Of a stretch of DNA of 64,000 nt, positions 26,726 through 37,099 are shown one piece after another (the stretch's first letter is position 1; each line of letters opens with the position of its first letter). The translations under genes were made by a program, and so were the position numbers. Location of the stretch: IMG/VR virus record IMGVR_UViG_3300009095_000010, positions 1 to 64,000 of that record; one strand, written 5' to 3'. This stretch comes from a virus (lineage: Duplodnaviria > Caudoviricetes). The notes under the pieces are model-generated. The model did not search any database. It saw only the letters and a list, made by a program, of their open reading frames with translations, and was not told the DNA's origin.

Positions 26726-28687
26726 TTATGGAGCCGGAGGCGCTTGTGGTTTTGGACCACCGCCACCACCAATTGGCGATGGTGGTGGCGCTCCTGGTAA
26801 CTTCAGACCGCCACCACCAATTGGCGATGGTGGTGGCGGTGGTGGTAACTTCAGACCGCCACCACCTGGACCCGGACCCATTGGCCCACCCGGAAGACCG
26901 CCCGCTGGAGCCCCTCCTGATTGATCAAGAGGCTCATATGGGCTCTGTCCTGGTACTGGTTCATCAGCAACCTCCTCAATCTCATCGCCCGGTCCAAGAG
27001 ATTTAAGTTCATGAATACTGTACCTTGACATTGCCATAATTTCACGAGTACGAATAGCATCTTGAATATCTTCGTAACGAATCTTTCTCTGTTCTTCCTC
27101 ATATTCTAAACCAAGAGAACGATACAAAGTTTGAATAGAAACTCTTTTCTGTACACCCTCACCTTGAGAAAGATTTACCATGTTATTGATGTAAGAATCC
27201 ATGTCGAATAGAGACATGTGGTTCCAATCAACTTCAGGAACAATCAATTGCTTCTCACCATCAACGTACTCATAGAAGTCATTAATCTGTGAAATTGGAG
27301 CAAAAATTTTACGCTTCAACCAGCTCGTCATCATCTGACGGAACTGCATATACCTTTGACGCAAAACATCGAGAGCAACAGAACCTGTCGCGTACGTTGT
27401 GTCCGAACCATCCATGATAACTGATGGTACCATGAGACCAATGTAAATCTCTTTGATAAGCTGCTGTACATCATTAGAGGTATCATAAATACCCTGACCA
27501 TAACCAACACGATCTACTGTTACAGCATCATGAGTAAAAATCTTGAAATCCTTATCATACTGAGCTTCCTCGAAAACATTTCTCCAATGCTCCAGATCTA
27601 TTGGTGATGGACGAAACTCTTGGTTACCAATCTTTACCAAAGTAAGAGGGTTAACCATGTTATCTGCCTGTGCATACTTAGATTCGCGCAATTTATCCCA
27701 CAACATCAAAGCTCGGAAACAAGACACAATCAAACCTGTTCCTCGAATCTCATAAGGGGAAATTCTTCTTGCCATATGATGAACATAGAAGTTATTGAGT
27801 GGAATATTCTCATTGCGAAGAACATGCTCCACAATGCTTGGATCTAATTGCTTTCTTTGCTGGATATCAGATGGTTGATTGCCATTGACAACTCTTCTAA
27901 GGTTCTCATCCGGCCTCAAGGAAATGATTGGCTCAGCAGCAATAACAGAACGCTGAACGTTTACATAGTCTGGGTTTAGAATCATAAGACGAGACCACTT
28001 ACCCTTAGACTCATCAAGTTCAGCATAAATGAAAGCCTCTCCAAGAATCCAAAACTCTTGCGCCGCAAGAACTGCCATATTCATCAAATCAATTTCTTCA
28101 ATCATTTGAGAGAAAAACTTTTCCACTTTAGGATTCTTTGATTTGATATTTAGTTTTGCAATTGGATATGTTGAATGAAGTGTAATTGCATTATGTACAA
28201 TTGGATTTAGTGCAAAGAATGATCTTGACCACGCATTGATTGTGGGTCTGTCACGAGGTAGGTTGAGGTTTGAGTTCAACCATAGAGGTGAGTACACCTC
28301 TGGTAACTGTCGAGAAGAATCATTCGAGCCTCTCCAACCAGACCCTCCAGAAGATACGTTTCCAACACCAGAGGCCATTTTATAAAGACCCTTGCCATTG
28401 TGAGATACAACACCAGCTTGTGTTTGTATCATTCGTATCTTTCCCTTATCACTCTGAGAATTACTTGAGTACCCAGAGCCTTGCTCTCGGAACTCACCAG
28501 CTTCTAATTGAAGCTCCATGATTTCTCTGCGCTCATCTGATACAGCTCTAGCCATTCGGTTTGTGACCTCAGGAGTTCCAGCTATTGCCGCTCTCTTCTT
28601 GATCAACTCCTCTGCACGAGCACGTCTATTTCTGTTTTGTTCTAACAGCTCTTCAGCTCGTGTTTTATCATTGTTGATATCTACCAT
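26726..28687 (-). CDS. Portal protein
   Basis: Directly downstream of TerL; NPIVHNAI...EFWILGEAF...ILNPDYV...RGTGLI...IYIGLMVPS...LKRKIFAPI portal-type motifs; Pro/Gly-rich C-tail. Confidence 0.85.
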   Translation of the reverse strand: MVDINNDKTRAEELLEQNRNRRARAEELIKKRAAIAGTPEVTNRMARAVSDERREIMELQLEAGEFREQGSGYSSNSQSDKGKIRMIQTQAGVVSHNGKGLYKMASGVGNVSSGGSGWRGSNDSSRQLPEVYSPLWLNSNLNLPRDRPTINAWSRSFFALNPIVHNAITLHSTYPIAKLNIKSKNPKVEKFFSQMIEEIDLMNMAVLAAQEFWILGEAFIYAELDESKGKWSRLMILNPDYVNVQRSVIAAEPIISLRPDENLRRVVNGNQPSDIQQRKQLDPSIVEHVLRNENIPLNNFYVHHMARRISPYEIRGTGLIVSCFRALMLWDKLRESKYAQADNMVNPLTLVKIGNQEFRPSPIDLEHWRNVFEEAQYDKDFKIFTHDAVTVDRVGYGQGIYDTSNDVQQLIKEIYIGLMVPSVIMDGSDTTYATGSVALDVLRQRYMQFRQMMTSWLKRKIFAPISQINDFYEYVDGEKQLIVPEVDWNHMSLFDMDSYINNMVNLSQGEGVQKRVSIQTLYRSLGLEYEEEQRKIRYEDIQDAIRTREIMAMSRYSIHELKSLGPGDEIEEVADEPVPGQSPYEPLDQSGGAPAGGLPGGPMGPGPGGGGLKLPPPPPPSPIGGGGLKLPGAPPPSPIGGGGGPKPQAPPAP

Positions 28688-28701
28688 TATTGTTCCCTAT
28701 A

Positions 28702-31611
28702 TCATCCACGACCGTTCATTCTAGGAATATATCCAATTACAGCCTGAATAGGTTTAGCTTCTTGTGCTATTTCATATTTCATATGAAGTGGGTTGGTAAT
28801 AGAGAAACCCTGAGTAACATCAAACTTCCAAGCAAGATAAGCGTTCAAAAGAGCCATAAGACCATCGTTTGCCCCAGAACCTTTAACATATTTCTTGAGA
28901 GGCTCACCAGACTTATCCTTGGTAACTTTAATATCCATAGAGGCACAATGCTCAATAAGCCACTCAAGTCTGTGTAAGCTTCCTCCTGGGAACTTAATTC
29001 TGCCCTCTTTTAGTAATCCAAGAATTTCTGATATGTAATAATCTTTCTCAAATACAATTGTCTTTGGCCACTCATCTCTTGAGTATTTTATATGTCCAAC
29101 TACTCTATGAGATGAACGAGATGCTAAGAACTTTTCATCATATGTTCTTTGTAGTCTGTGTGTAAGATCGTAAGCATCACCAATATCTCCAACTGCTAGA
29201 GTTAGATTGTAACGTCTAAACATTTCCTCAACAGTACTCTCTTTGTAGTTTGGATCTGGCTTCTTAAGACGTGTTGCAAATTCAACATTGAAGATATTAC
29301 CTTCCACTGTAAGAATTACAGCGCAGGAATAAGAACCTTTCTTACCCCCACCGCGTCCAAGCATCTGTTCCAAAGCTCCTCTTTGACCCCAGTCGAATCC
29401 ACCGTAAACGCGCTTGTTCTGTTCCGGCATGATGTATTTCTGCATCAAACGACCTTTATCAATACACTTCTCTCTAATCTCCTCAGAGGAAATCGTACCA
29501 CCCTCACCATCATAAAACTCACCCAGAACTTCATTCATATAAATGCGTTCTGTATTAATTGGGTTGCGTTCTGGCTTTGCTTTATCAATGGTCTCTCTCA
29601 TAAAACCTGGGATATACAACTGGTTGATATGATAACCAACAAAGTCTGACTTCTCAGGATCATTGAGTGGTATCCACTTTCCACGCTCTTGCGCTTCAAG
29701 CTTATCCTGCTCACAACCACACTCTGTACACTTTACTGTTTGTCCATAAATCCAAACATCCTCCCATCTCACATCTGGACGATAAAGAGGGAAGTACTTT
29801 CCACAACTTTCACATCGCAAATGGAAATAGTTCTGGCTTGAATTCTGCCACATTTCCCAGTATGATCCGCCCTTGGTTTTAGGAGTTCCAAAATAAACCT
29901 GAACACCTTCACCACGAGCACCATATCTTGACTGTGCAAGAATCTTTGTAACAGCACCGATGGCAATATCAGGCATATCCTGAACCTCATCAAACAGTGC
30001 TCCATCTACTGTATTATGTGTTGGAATAAATGATCTTGTAACTAAATACAAATGAGATGGTGAATCAACAGTGATACATCTCATAGGTTTTGGTTCTATT
30101 AATTCTATATTTTTAATAAATCTTTTATTTGATTTTGTAAGTTTTACTTTCAAATTCTGTAACTTACGATTCAATTTAAAAACTGGAAGTGTTGTATAAA
30201 ATTGTAATGAATACTTATCTTGATATCTTACATTATATCTCCAAGACTCTTTTTTATACAATGAAGTTTTTATTCCAAGTGAGTGTACAAGTTCTTGAAC
30301 ATCTTTGATTAGATTATATCTATCTTCACATTGTACAAATTCACATCTTCCATCTTTATTACAGCAACCATCCGAATCCATAAGTCCTTGAAGTAAATCT
30401 AATCTCTGATTAAAGGAACCCTCAAGGTATTGTCTTGGTATTCTTTTATTATAAAAACCTTTACCTTCTTTTTTTAACTTCTTACCAGGATTATATACAA
30501 GCCCTAACTTAGTTAATGCTGTTGTAAGTCCAATAACTCTATATGAATTAGATTTTGAAATACCAAAATTAGATTTATGATTTACAGATGATTCAATTAA
30601 CCTATGATCAAAATCACTAAGAACTTCAATATCTGCTGTTTCTATTCTTCCGTACCTATCACCATCTCCAAGCCATAATCCCAGTAAATAAGGATCTAAA
30701 TCAAAATCTTTTTTAGAATACTGAATAGGTCCACAAAGAGGTATTGAGTGATTAGACTCACCAGCACATTTAATTGTATCAAGAATTTCTTTTGTATTTC
30801 TAATACCTAACGGCTTGCAATTCTTTCTTTCATATTTTGTATGTGTTCCCCACAAATGCTCAGCACAAGCATCTATCTGAGTACCATCATCAAATGTAAC
30901 TCTATAAGATTCTGGTGATTCATTTATAGGATGAAGTTTAGTAACATTACAAATGTTACCATTCTCATCAAACAACTGATCTCCCTTTTTTAAATCTTTA
31001 AGTTTAATAAAACCATTTGGTGTTGGTAATTCAGTTTCTAAACATAATTGACGACCACGAATACGGTCACCGTCTAGACCAGTAGACTCAATCCATATCT
31101 GATTACCTTGCAAGAACTTCTTGAAATGCATGGAGTTGTTTGATGGATTCGCAGAATCCAATCTAGCTTCCATGAATGACTTTGGAAGTCCATTAGACTT
31201 CAATGTTCCGGCAACCGGTCTTGCCTGACCAAGAATCGGATCAAGCTTATCCTTTGTATACGCTGCCGCTAAAGACAACGTAGGGAATAAATGAATCAAC
31301 CGCATGGGAGGTCTCTCATTGTTTCCAAAGAGTCCGCATGCGGTGAAGTAACACTCAAGAGCTGCTGCCATTGTTGTGGCCCCAACCTGACGGCCCTTTA
31401 CCAAAACAACTGGCTTTGCATCAGGCTCAATTGCCTTTAGCCCTATGTATCTATATATGTCAGCAAATGGTTTGTATCCCGTGCCCTCAAGCTGAAGTGG
31501 TTTACCATCTACCATCAAGTATTTCGCGCAGAAATATACAGGATCCACCCGCATAATACCGTCGCGAAATTGATTGAATAAATTCGAAAATCCAGAATCT
31601 CCTGGTCTCAT
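28702..31611 (-). CDS. terL: Terminase large subunit (lambda gpA-like) containing an intein
   Basis: Walker A region VKGRQVGATT, Walker B ALFDEVQD, GTPK coupling motif, CxxC/CxxC Zn motif, nuclease GFDWG; 623-aa extein after removing the intein. Confidence 0.9.
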   Translation of the reverse strand: MRPGDSGFSNLFNQFRDGIMRVDPVYFCAKYLMVDGKPLQLEGTGYKPFADIYRYIGLKAIEPDAKPVVLVKGRQVGATTMAAALECYFTACGLFGNNERPPMRLIHLFPTLSLAAAYTKDKLDPILGQARPVAGTLKSNGLPKSFMEARLDSANPSNNSMHFKKFLQGNQIWIESTGLDGDRIRGRQLCLETELPTPNGFIKLKDLKKGDQLFDENGNICNVTKLHPINESPESYRVTFDDGTQIDACAEHLWGTHTKYERKNCKPLGIRNTKEILDTIKCAGESNHSIPLCGPIQYSKKDFDLDPYLLGLWLGDGDRYGRIETADIEVLSDFDHRLIESSVNHKSNFGISKSNSYRVIGLTTALTKLGLVYNPGKKLKKEGKGFYNKRIPRQYLEGSFNQRLDLLQGLMDSDGCCNKDGRCEFVQCEDRYNLIKDVQELVHSLGIKTSLYKKESWRYNVRYQDKYSLQFYTTLPVFKLNRKLQNLKVKLTKSNKRFIKNIELIEPKPMRCITVDSPSHLYLVTRSFIPTHNTVDGALFDEVQDMPDIAIGAVTKILAQSRYGARGEGVQVYFGTPKTKGGSYWEMWQNSSQNYFHLRCESCGKYFPLYRPDVRWEDVWIYGQTVKCTECGCEQDKLEAQERGKWIPLNDPEKSDFVGYHINQLYIPGFMRETIDKAKPERNPINTERIYMNEVLGEFYDGEGGTISSEEIREKCIDKGRLMQKYIMPEQNKRVYGGFDWGQRGALEQMLGRGGGKKGSYSCAVILTVEGNIFNVEFATRLKKPDPNYKESTVEEMFRRYNLTLAVGDIGDAYDLTHRLQRTYDEKFLASRSSHRVVGHIKYSRDEWPKTIVFEKDYYISEILGLLKEGRIKFPGGSLHRLEWLIEHCASMDIKVTKDKSGEPLKKYVKGSGANDGLMALLNAYLAWKFDVTQGFSITNPLHMKYEIAQEAKPIQAVIGYIPRMNGRG
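30013..31050 (-). mobile_element. Class-3-type intein (346 aa) with LAGLIDADG homing endonuclease
   Basis: Begins QLCLETELPTPNG, block B ACAEHLW, LAGLIDADG motifs LLGLWLGDG and LLQGLMDSDG, block F MRCITVD, ends PTHN|T; AT-richer than the flanks. Confidence 0.9.
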
Positions 31612-31680
31612 AATGCCTCATTTGTCAAATAGAGTATGCCTATATCTCTATTAAATATTAACAAATGAGTAGAAATCTAA

Positions 31681-32642
31681 TTAAAACATACCTTTATCAG
31701 GCACAAGTAGTGTAAAAGGATCTCTATTTGAGTCTTTTTCTCCAGAATAATCTATCTGAGTACCTACTCCACGCCCAATTTGAGATGGTGTATGATCTCT
31801 TACATCAGACTTATCAATTAGTAATTGATTGATCCACTGTAAGAATTCTTTATTAAAAGCAACATCTTGAGAGATACCATCTCTTGAAAATGTTTCTACT
31901 AAAGAATGTATAAGAGCTGGAACTTGAATACCATGATTTGTATCAATCATGTTTACAATAAAGTGTTCTACAGCTGGATTGTTTCTAACCAACTCTGGTT
32001 TTCCCTCGTCATTTGCTTTGGCCTCCAATTGATTTTCTTTTGGATTCCATTCAACTAGAGCTACGTCAGGTTCAGTTAGAGTTTTTTTTTTAGATCGAAA
32101 GCCATATCAAGATCAGGAACAGACATGTCATCCTTATCTTCTTTTGGAGATAGGAACATCTCTATAATATCAGATAAGCTTTCCTTATCATCTTCAGTAT
32201 CCGCAACATCAGCTTCATCTTCATCATCAGCATTAGATGCATCTGCACATTCAGCACAGTCTGCATTACCGCAATCTTCATGATCGCCAGCCTGAACAAT
32301 AACAGAAGCAAGAGCAGCCTTCTGCTCTTCAGTCTGTGCTTTTAGATACTGAGACAGACCTGTGCGCTCCTGGTAATCCTTTACCGCCTCTTCAACAGAA
32401 GAGAACTTTGGCTTGGGTCCAGAAACAATAGCAGACATCATCTCATAAACAGATGGCCCAATATTGCGGTCACGAGAAACTTCGACAGCAGTCTTGGATG
32501 CGTTTTTGATTTGATTATCAAACTTAGAAGCCTGTTCCTCAACAGCCATCTTTTCTGCAAGCGAATCCAACCAACTAACACGTTTGTTTGGTTCACGACT
32601 AATCTCATCGGTTCTATAAAATGAATTATACTTGTTTCTCAT
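31681..32642 (-). CDS. Hypothetical protein, probably expressed as one chain through a -1 shift at an A10 run (ORFs 32076-32642 and 31681-32091)
   Basis: Start MRNKY at 32642 (AGGA SD). Frame 0 ends GAT CTA AAA AAA AAA CTC TAA; the -1 frame reads KTLTEPDVALVEWNPKENQLEAKAND into the 31681 ORF. Confidence 0.65.
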
Positions 32643-32643
32643 A

Positions 32644-33495
32644 TTATCCTCTGTACTGAGCTGACCAATCAAAGTTATCGTTACGCCAAATCTCAACTGG
32701 TGTACCTGGAGGATATCCGCGATCCTGCATCATTGGGTAACCCATATCAGCGAGAAGCTGTGAAAGCTCGGCCTGTTCACGCTTGTCTAAACTATATTCC
32801 TCAACCTGACGATGATACATATCTTCGATATCATGACCGGCCGAAACCATTCCATTGATACAAACACGAGCAATACGTGAAATCAAAAGAGGAACGGTAA
32901 TAGTAATTCCATTGATTCTTGTAGCCTTTTGAGCGTTCTTTACAAGACCAGATTCCTCTGCCCAAGACTTGGATTTCTTACCCTTCTTGAACTTCTCTGT
33001 CCTGATCTTTTCTAGACGATCAATCAAACGTTCCAGACCATTTTCAATTTGCTCTCTTGCCTTCTCAGCTTGAGCCGAATCAATTTGATTCTTGTAGTCT
33101 GTACGCATTGCTTTTGTAATCTCTTTATCCAAAGCCTCAAAATAAGAGATGGCTTTTTCTAAACCAGTAGAGTCATAACCAGAGTGCTTAGGAATGTTAT
33201 CGAACATTTTCTGAAGCCAAGCAAGGAAGCCAGAAGGTTCCCACCTCCACATGTCAGGCTCGTCAGCATCAACCTCTACAGCTTGATCTTCATCGTTGGT
33301 TACAATGATTTCTTTTGCATCCGGAGCGCCTGGAATATCATCAAGAAAAAAGACAATTTCATCTGGTTCGTCACTAGATACTTCTATGTTATCACCAACC
33401 TCAAGAGGTGGAAATTCACCATCCATTACAGGCAGCAAAAACTCCCCGAGATTCAAATCTCCTATATCTGTATTCTGCGCATGTTTCTCTACCAT
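32644..33495 (-). CDS. Hypothetical head protein
   Basis: 283 aa; starts MVEKHAQ; internal VKNAQ. Confidence 0.65.
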   Translation of the reverse strand: MVEKHAQNTDIGDLNLGEFLLPVMDGEFPPLEVGDNIEVSSDEPDEIVFFLDDIPGAPDAKEIIVTNDEDQAVEVDADEPDMWRWEPSGFLAWLQKMFDNIPKHSGYDSTGLEKAISYFEALDKEITKAMRTDYKNQIDSAQAEKAREQIENGLERLIDRLEKIRTEKFKKGKKSKSWAEESGLVKNAQKATRINGITITVPLLISRIARVCINGMVSAGHDIEDMYHRQVEEYSLDKREQAELSQLLADMGYPMMQDRGYPPGTPVEIWRNDNFDWSAQYRG

Positions 33496-33519
33496 ACAAC
33501 CTCAATGTTGTTACAATAC

Positions 33520-34053
33520 TTATTCCGAAGTATTCGTATATTTTGGGCCTTTTACAATTTCATCTGCGGCCATTTTGATAAACTCAGCTATTGCTGCACC
33601 TTGTAATGAATATGTTCCGAAATAAAGATTCCTACTAACATTATAATCGGAATAGAATCCAACAGGATATGTATATAACCCATTGATTGAATCTGTGAAA
33701 ACCTTCGCGTAAAATGGGGATGTATTCAATGATTGAGCCGGGCCCTGGCCGGGAGCTGTATCATTATAGTTACACTCAACAGCCTCTTTTTCCTGAAGGA
33801 TATGTCCAGCATAGGGACATACCGAGGGCTCCTCAGTAGACCTGAGAAGATTCCAAGCCAGCAATTTAGTATTCGCAGAACCAATCTGCTCCTTCTCTTC
33901 ATCAGAAGCTTCTTCGCCCATAATATCCAGTGGAGCCATTCTTTCCACGTTCTTTCCCGCATACCTACAACCAAAAGGAATAGGTAGACCGAAAGGACAA
34001 GGAGAATCATTGTTCTTACGAATCTCTGCTAGCTTGAGATGAACCTTGGTCAT
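33520..34053 (-). CDS. Cys-containing hypothetical protein
   Basis: CPFGLPIPFGC...CPYA...VEC motif; 177 aa. Confidence 0.6.
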   Translation of the reverse strand: MTKVHLKLAEIRKNNDSPCPFGLPIPFGCRYAGKNVERMAPLDIMGEEASDEEKEQIGSANTKLLAWNLLRSTEEPSVCPYAGHILQEKEAVECNYNDTAPGQGPAQSLNTSPFYAKVFTDSINGLYTYPVGFYSDYNVSRNLYFGTYSLQGAAIAEFIKMAADEIVKGPKYTNTSE

Positions 34054-34391
34054 TTCTTTGAGGCCTCAAAAAACACAGATGAAAATCTAGAAATCAAATC
34101 AATCTTACTCTCTGCGTACGTCTGAGTCTGAGAATTTCTATCAAGCTTCTCATTCTCTTTTTTCTTCTTGTTACGAAAGTCTTTTACAGATTTATACTTA
34201 TCCATACGGCCATGATACAAGCCCCCACCAGGAGATATCTCACTTGCCTCTTCGTTTGTATAATCATAGTTCCTAAAAAGAACATGCTTTCTAGTATCTC
34301 TATCCTGCCTCTCTTTTGGAGTGGCTGTATCTTTTTGTCCCTCGTCCTTATCAGGATCAGAGGTTCCTTGATAATAAGCTTTCTTTGTCAT
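34050..34391 (-). CDS. Hypothetical head protein
   Basis: 113 aa; starts MTKKAYYQGT, similar to the scaffold repeat TTKEAYYLGT. Confidence 0.6.
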   Translation of the reverse strand: MTKKAYYQGTSDPDKDEGQKDTATPKERQDRDTRKHVLFRNYDYTNEEASEISPGGGLYHGRMDKYKSVKDFRNKKKKENEKLDRNSQTQTYAESKIDLISRFSSVFFEASKK

Positions 34392-35128
34392 AAAACGCCT
34401 CTTTGTTGTTGTAGAATTTTAGGAATCGCTACAACATTCCAAAGATTCATAGAGTTCATAAGAGCAATTGTTTTCTGCGGATCTTCCCTAGTAGCATCCG
34501 CAAGTTTTCTTCTAGCAAAACCAGCACTCACATCTTGTTTGATTTTATCAGGATGATTTCTAACCCACACAATAATATCCTTCTCTACCGCAAACCCAAG
34601 CTTTGCAGCTAGGTACACAACACGAACAACCCTTTTAGGATCATCTCTTAGAGTAATTCTTGGAGGTAGTGGGGTTCGAAGAATCTTTCTGGAAATATCA
34701 TCCAAAGCCAAACCTGTTGGGTCCACAATTTTTCTTAAATTCAAAGGAAGAATAAGAGTATTGCAAGTAAAGTCTCTACTAAATAACTCTCTCTGCATCT
34801 CTGTTGGTTCTTTTATACCAGCTTTGTTTAGAAAGTAGTCTACATCAGGAGAGTTATAATTAGATGAGAAATCATATTTGATACCCTCAATGTATAACTG
34901 AAAGTGACCATCAGGCATACGCATGGGGTTTATCTGAAAATGATTTGCACAAATCTCAGCAAGTTTATGAATAGAGTCATCACCTGATGTCAAATCCACA
35001 TCATTGATTTTTTCAATCCTATTCATAATTTTGTCGCGCGGAAGCCCACCTACTATATAGGGTTCAGAAAGGCTGTTATCTACAGCTAGCCTTTTGATTT
35101 GTAGAAGGGTATCCTTGAGAGTTCCCAT
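34388..35128 (-). CDS. tRNA nucleotidyltransferase (CCA-adding)/poly(A) polymerase family, compact
   Basis: YIVGGLPRD...DVD (motif A), SRDFTCN (motif B), DPTG, DDPKR (motif D); no HD domain. Confidence 0.85.
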   Translation of the reverse strand: MGTLKDTLLQIKRLAVDNSLSEPYIVGGLPRDKIMNRIEKINDVDLTSGDDSIHKLAEICANHFQINPMRMPDGHFQLYIEGIKYDFSSNYNSPDVDYFLNKAGIKEPTEMQRELFSRDFTCNTLILPLNLRKIVDPTGLALDDISRKILRTPLPPRITLRDDPKRVVRVVYLAAKLGFAVEKDIIVWVRNHPDKIKQDVSAGFARRKLADATREDPQKTIALMNSMNLWNVVAIPKILQQQRGVL

Positions 35129-35131
35129 CTA

Positions 35132-37099
35132 TCACCTTGTCTGAATTGCTGGTTGTTTTTCTACGCGAGAGACAGGTTCCCTAATCTCAACCTCTGGTAC
35201 CTTTCCATCTGCGACAGGAGCTGTGTTAGGACCCGATTGACCTTGCTGCATCTTTGCAAGATCTTTCTGCTTACGCATTTCCTTACGTTGCTCTTCCTGG
35301 TCCTCTTCTTGTTGCAGCCTATTTCTAATACCAGCTGTAGCTGGGTTGTCTTGCCTTGGAGTATCAACCCACTCTGTAGCTGAAGGAACATTAACAGAAC
35401 CCTTGAGCTTACCAAGAATCTCTTCTAGACGATTGCCAATATACTGATTACCCTCAAGAGCCTTACCCATTGCTTCACCGAGCTGTGGGAAGAATGAAGC
35501 AAGTCCTAGACGGTCCATCATAATATCAAGGAATGCTAACTGTCTTGATATTTCACGTTGGTTGTAAATACTAACTAGCATCTCTAGTCTGCGAATAACA
35601 TTTTGAACTGTGATGCTATTTAGAGCCGCATCAATTACTTCATCTGTGTTGTCGTTAGGAATGACCTGTCCTTCTGGACCGTCAATCTCTACGCTTGCCG
35701 GCTTCGCAGGAGCTGCTGGCTTTAGCGGCTGCTGTCTTGGAGGTAGCTGAGCTTGCTTCCAAATACCCGAACCGATTTTGAGGTATTCATCAAAAGCAGA
35801 TGCAGCTTTACCATCTTCAGATAGTTCTGGTTCTTGAACTTCCTCTGAAACCGCAACCTCTGGTGCTGGTGAAGGAACTGGAGCCGGTTGTACTTGGTTT
35901 TGTGCCTCCTCTTGTTCCAACTTCTCTCTCTCTTCTGGAGTATCATCCTTGTCATTGACACCACGCTTGAGATTATCAAAGAACTCTCTGAGAAGTTCTT
36001 CTGTCTCCTTCTTATCTCCGGAAGGTGCTGGAGTTAGAGAATCCCCACCAGAATCATCTGTTGGACCACCAAACAACCCACCAGCGCCTCCGCCTGGAGG
36101 TGCTCCTAGTGGAGGAAGCTGAGCAATCTTGAAAAAGAAACCAGCAGCTTTATTCTTTCCCTGGAACCTAAGCTGGTTCGCTGTTCTAAAAATATGATCT
36201 TCAAATAGTGATGACTTTACAGTTAGTTTGTTTGCAGTCTGAATTCTTCTCTTCAAATCCTGTAGAAGCTTCAGCATCAACTCTTGATCTTCACCAGCAA
36301 ACAATTGACCGTCCATAGATGCAAGCATTTTCTCTGCGGAGTTCAAACGAGAAATAATCTTGGATCTCTGTGTCTCAATCTTATCACGCACATCACTAAC
36401 ATCGTTTGTAGATTGCGGAAGATTCTGTGGAAGTCCCGGAGGAACTCTGTTGTAACCAAAACCAGAAGGAGCTGGTAGGACAGCTTTCAAAGAATTCGCT
36501 GGCACCCCAGCCAACATCAATTCAGAATTGAATGAAGCTAGCTTTGGATATTTCTCTGGTGTTTTTTCTTTGTAGAATTTTACCCACTGATCATAATCCA
36601 TTTTTTCCCTTTTATCCCACGAACCCAAAACAATCTGTCGAGCCTCCTGCTCTGAATGACCTTTTGCTACCAATGAGTATATCTTATGAGTAGCAGATAC
36701 CCATCTGGTCAGGTCATATCTAGGAAGCTCTAGACGGCTGTTTGGTTGCGGGTAGGCAATTTTAGGTCTAATATCAAAAGGCATCATCTTCTTTAATGCC
36801 AAATCAATAGCTTCTATTAGCCCTAAAAGTGTATCTATTGGTATTTTTTCTTTGTTTCTAAACACTTCCGCAGCTATTGCTAGAGCGGTTTTATTATTTA
36901 GTACTATATCAAATATAGATTTAGCTACCTGTGGAACATGGTTTAATATCATGAAGAATTTGTTTTGGTCTTCATCATTATCAACACCAACAGATGACAT
37001 CGTCATATATTCTGATTCAAGATCTTTCTTAATATTATCTGGTAAGAGATCACAATAACTTGAATCTAATTGATTCTGAAGATGTTTACTCATCGTCAT
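35132..37099 (-). CDS. Large hypothetical head protein
   Basis: Probable start at 37099 (GGAGG SD); domains separated by KIAY, KLAS, KIAQ and KQAQ plus Pro-rich linkers. Confidence 0.65.
   Translation of the reverse strand: MTMSKHLQNQLDSSYCDLLPDNIKKDLESEYMTMSSVGVDNDEDQNKFFMILNHVPQVAKSIFDIVLNNKTALAIAAEVFRNKEKIPIDTLLGLIEAIDLALKKMMPFDIRPKIAYPQPNSRLELPRYDLTRWVSATHKIYSLVAKGHSEQEARQIVLGSWDKREKMDYDQWVKFYKEKTPEKYPKLASFNSELMLAGVPANSLKAVLPAPSGFGYNRVPPGLPQNLPQSTNDVSDVRDKIETQRSKIISRLNSAEKMLASMDGQLFAGEDQELMLKLLQDLKRRIQTANKLTVKSSLFEDHIFRTANQLRFQGKNKAAGFFFKIAQLPPLGAPPGGGAGGLFGGPTDDSGGDSLTPAPSGDKKETEELLREFFDNLKRGVNDKDDTPEEREKLEQEEAQNQVQPAPVPSPAPEVAVSEEVQEPELSEDGKAASAFDEYLKIGSGIWKQAQLPPRQQPLKPAAPAKPASVEIDGPEGQVIPNDNTDEVIDAALNSITVQNVIRRLEMLVSIYNQREISRQLAFLDIMMDRLGLASFFPQLGEAMGKALEGNQYIGNRLEEILGKLKGSVNVPSATEWVDTPRQDNPATAGIRNRLQQEEDQEEQRKEMRKQKDLAKMQQGQSGPNTAPVADGKVPEVEIREPVSRVEKQPAIQTR

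Noticed and set aside
17073-32642. Possible second acidic processing motif (e.g. DASNADD, DVASADD, DTNNIMD, DVNHMVD)
   Set aside because: Too degenerate and mostly within Asp-rich low-complexity sequence; it cannot be separated from composition by eye.
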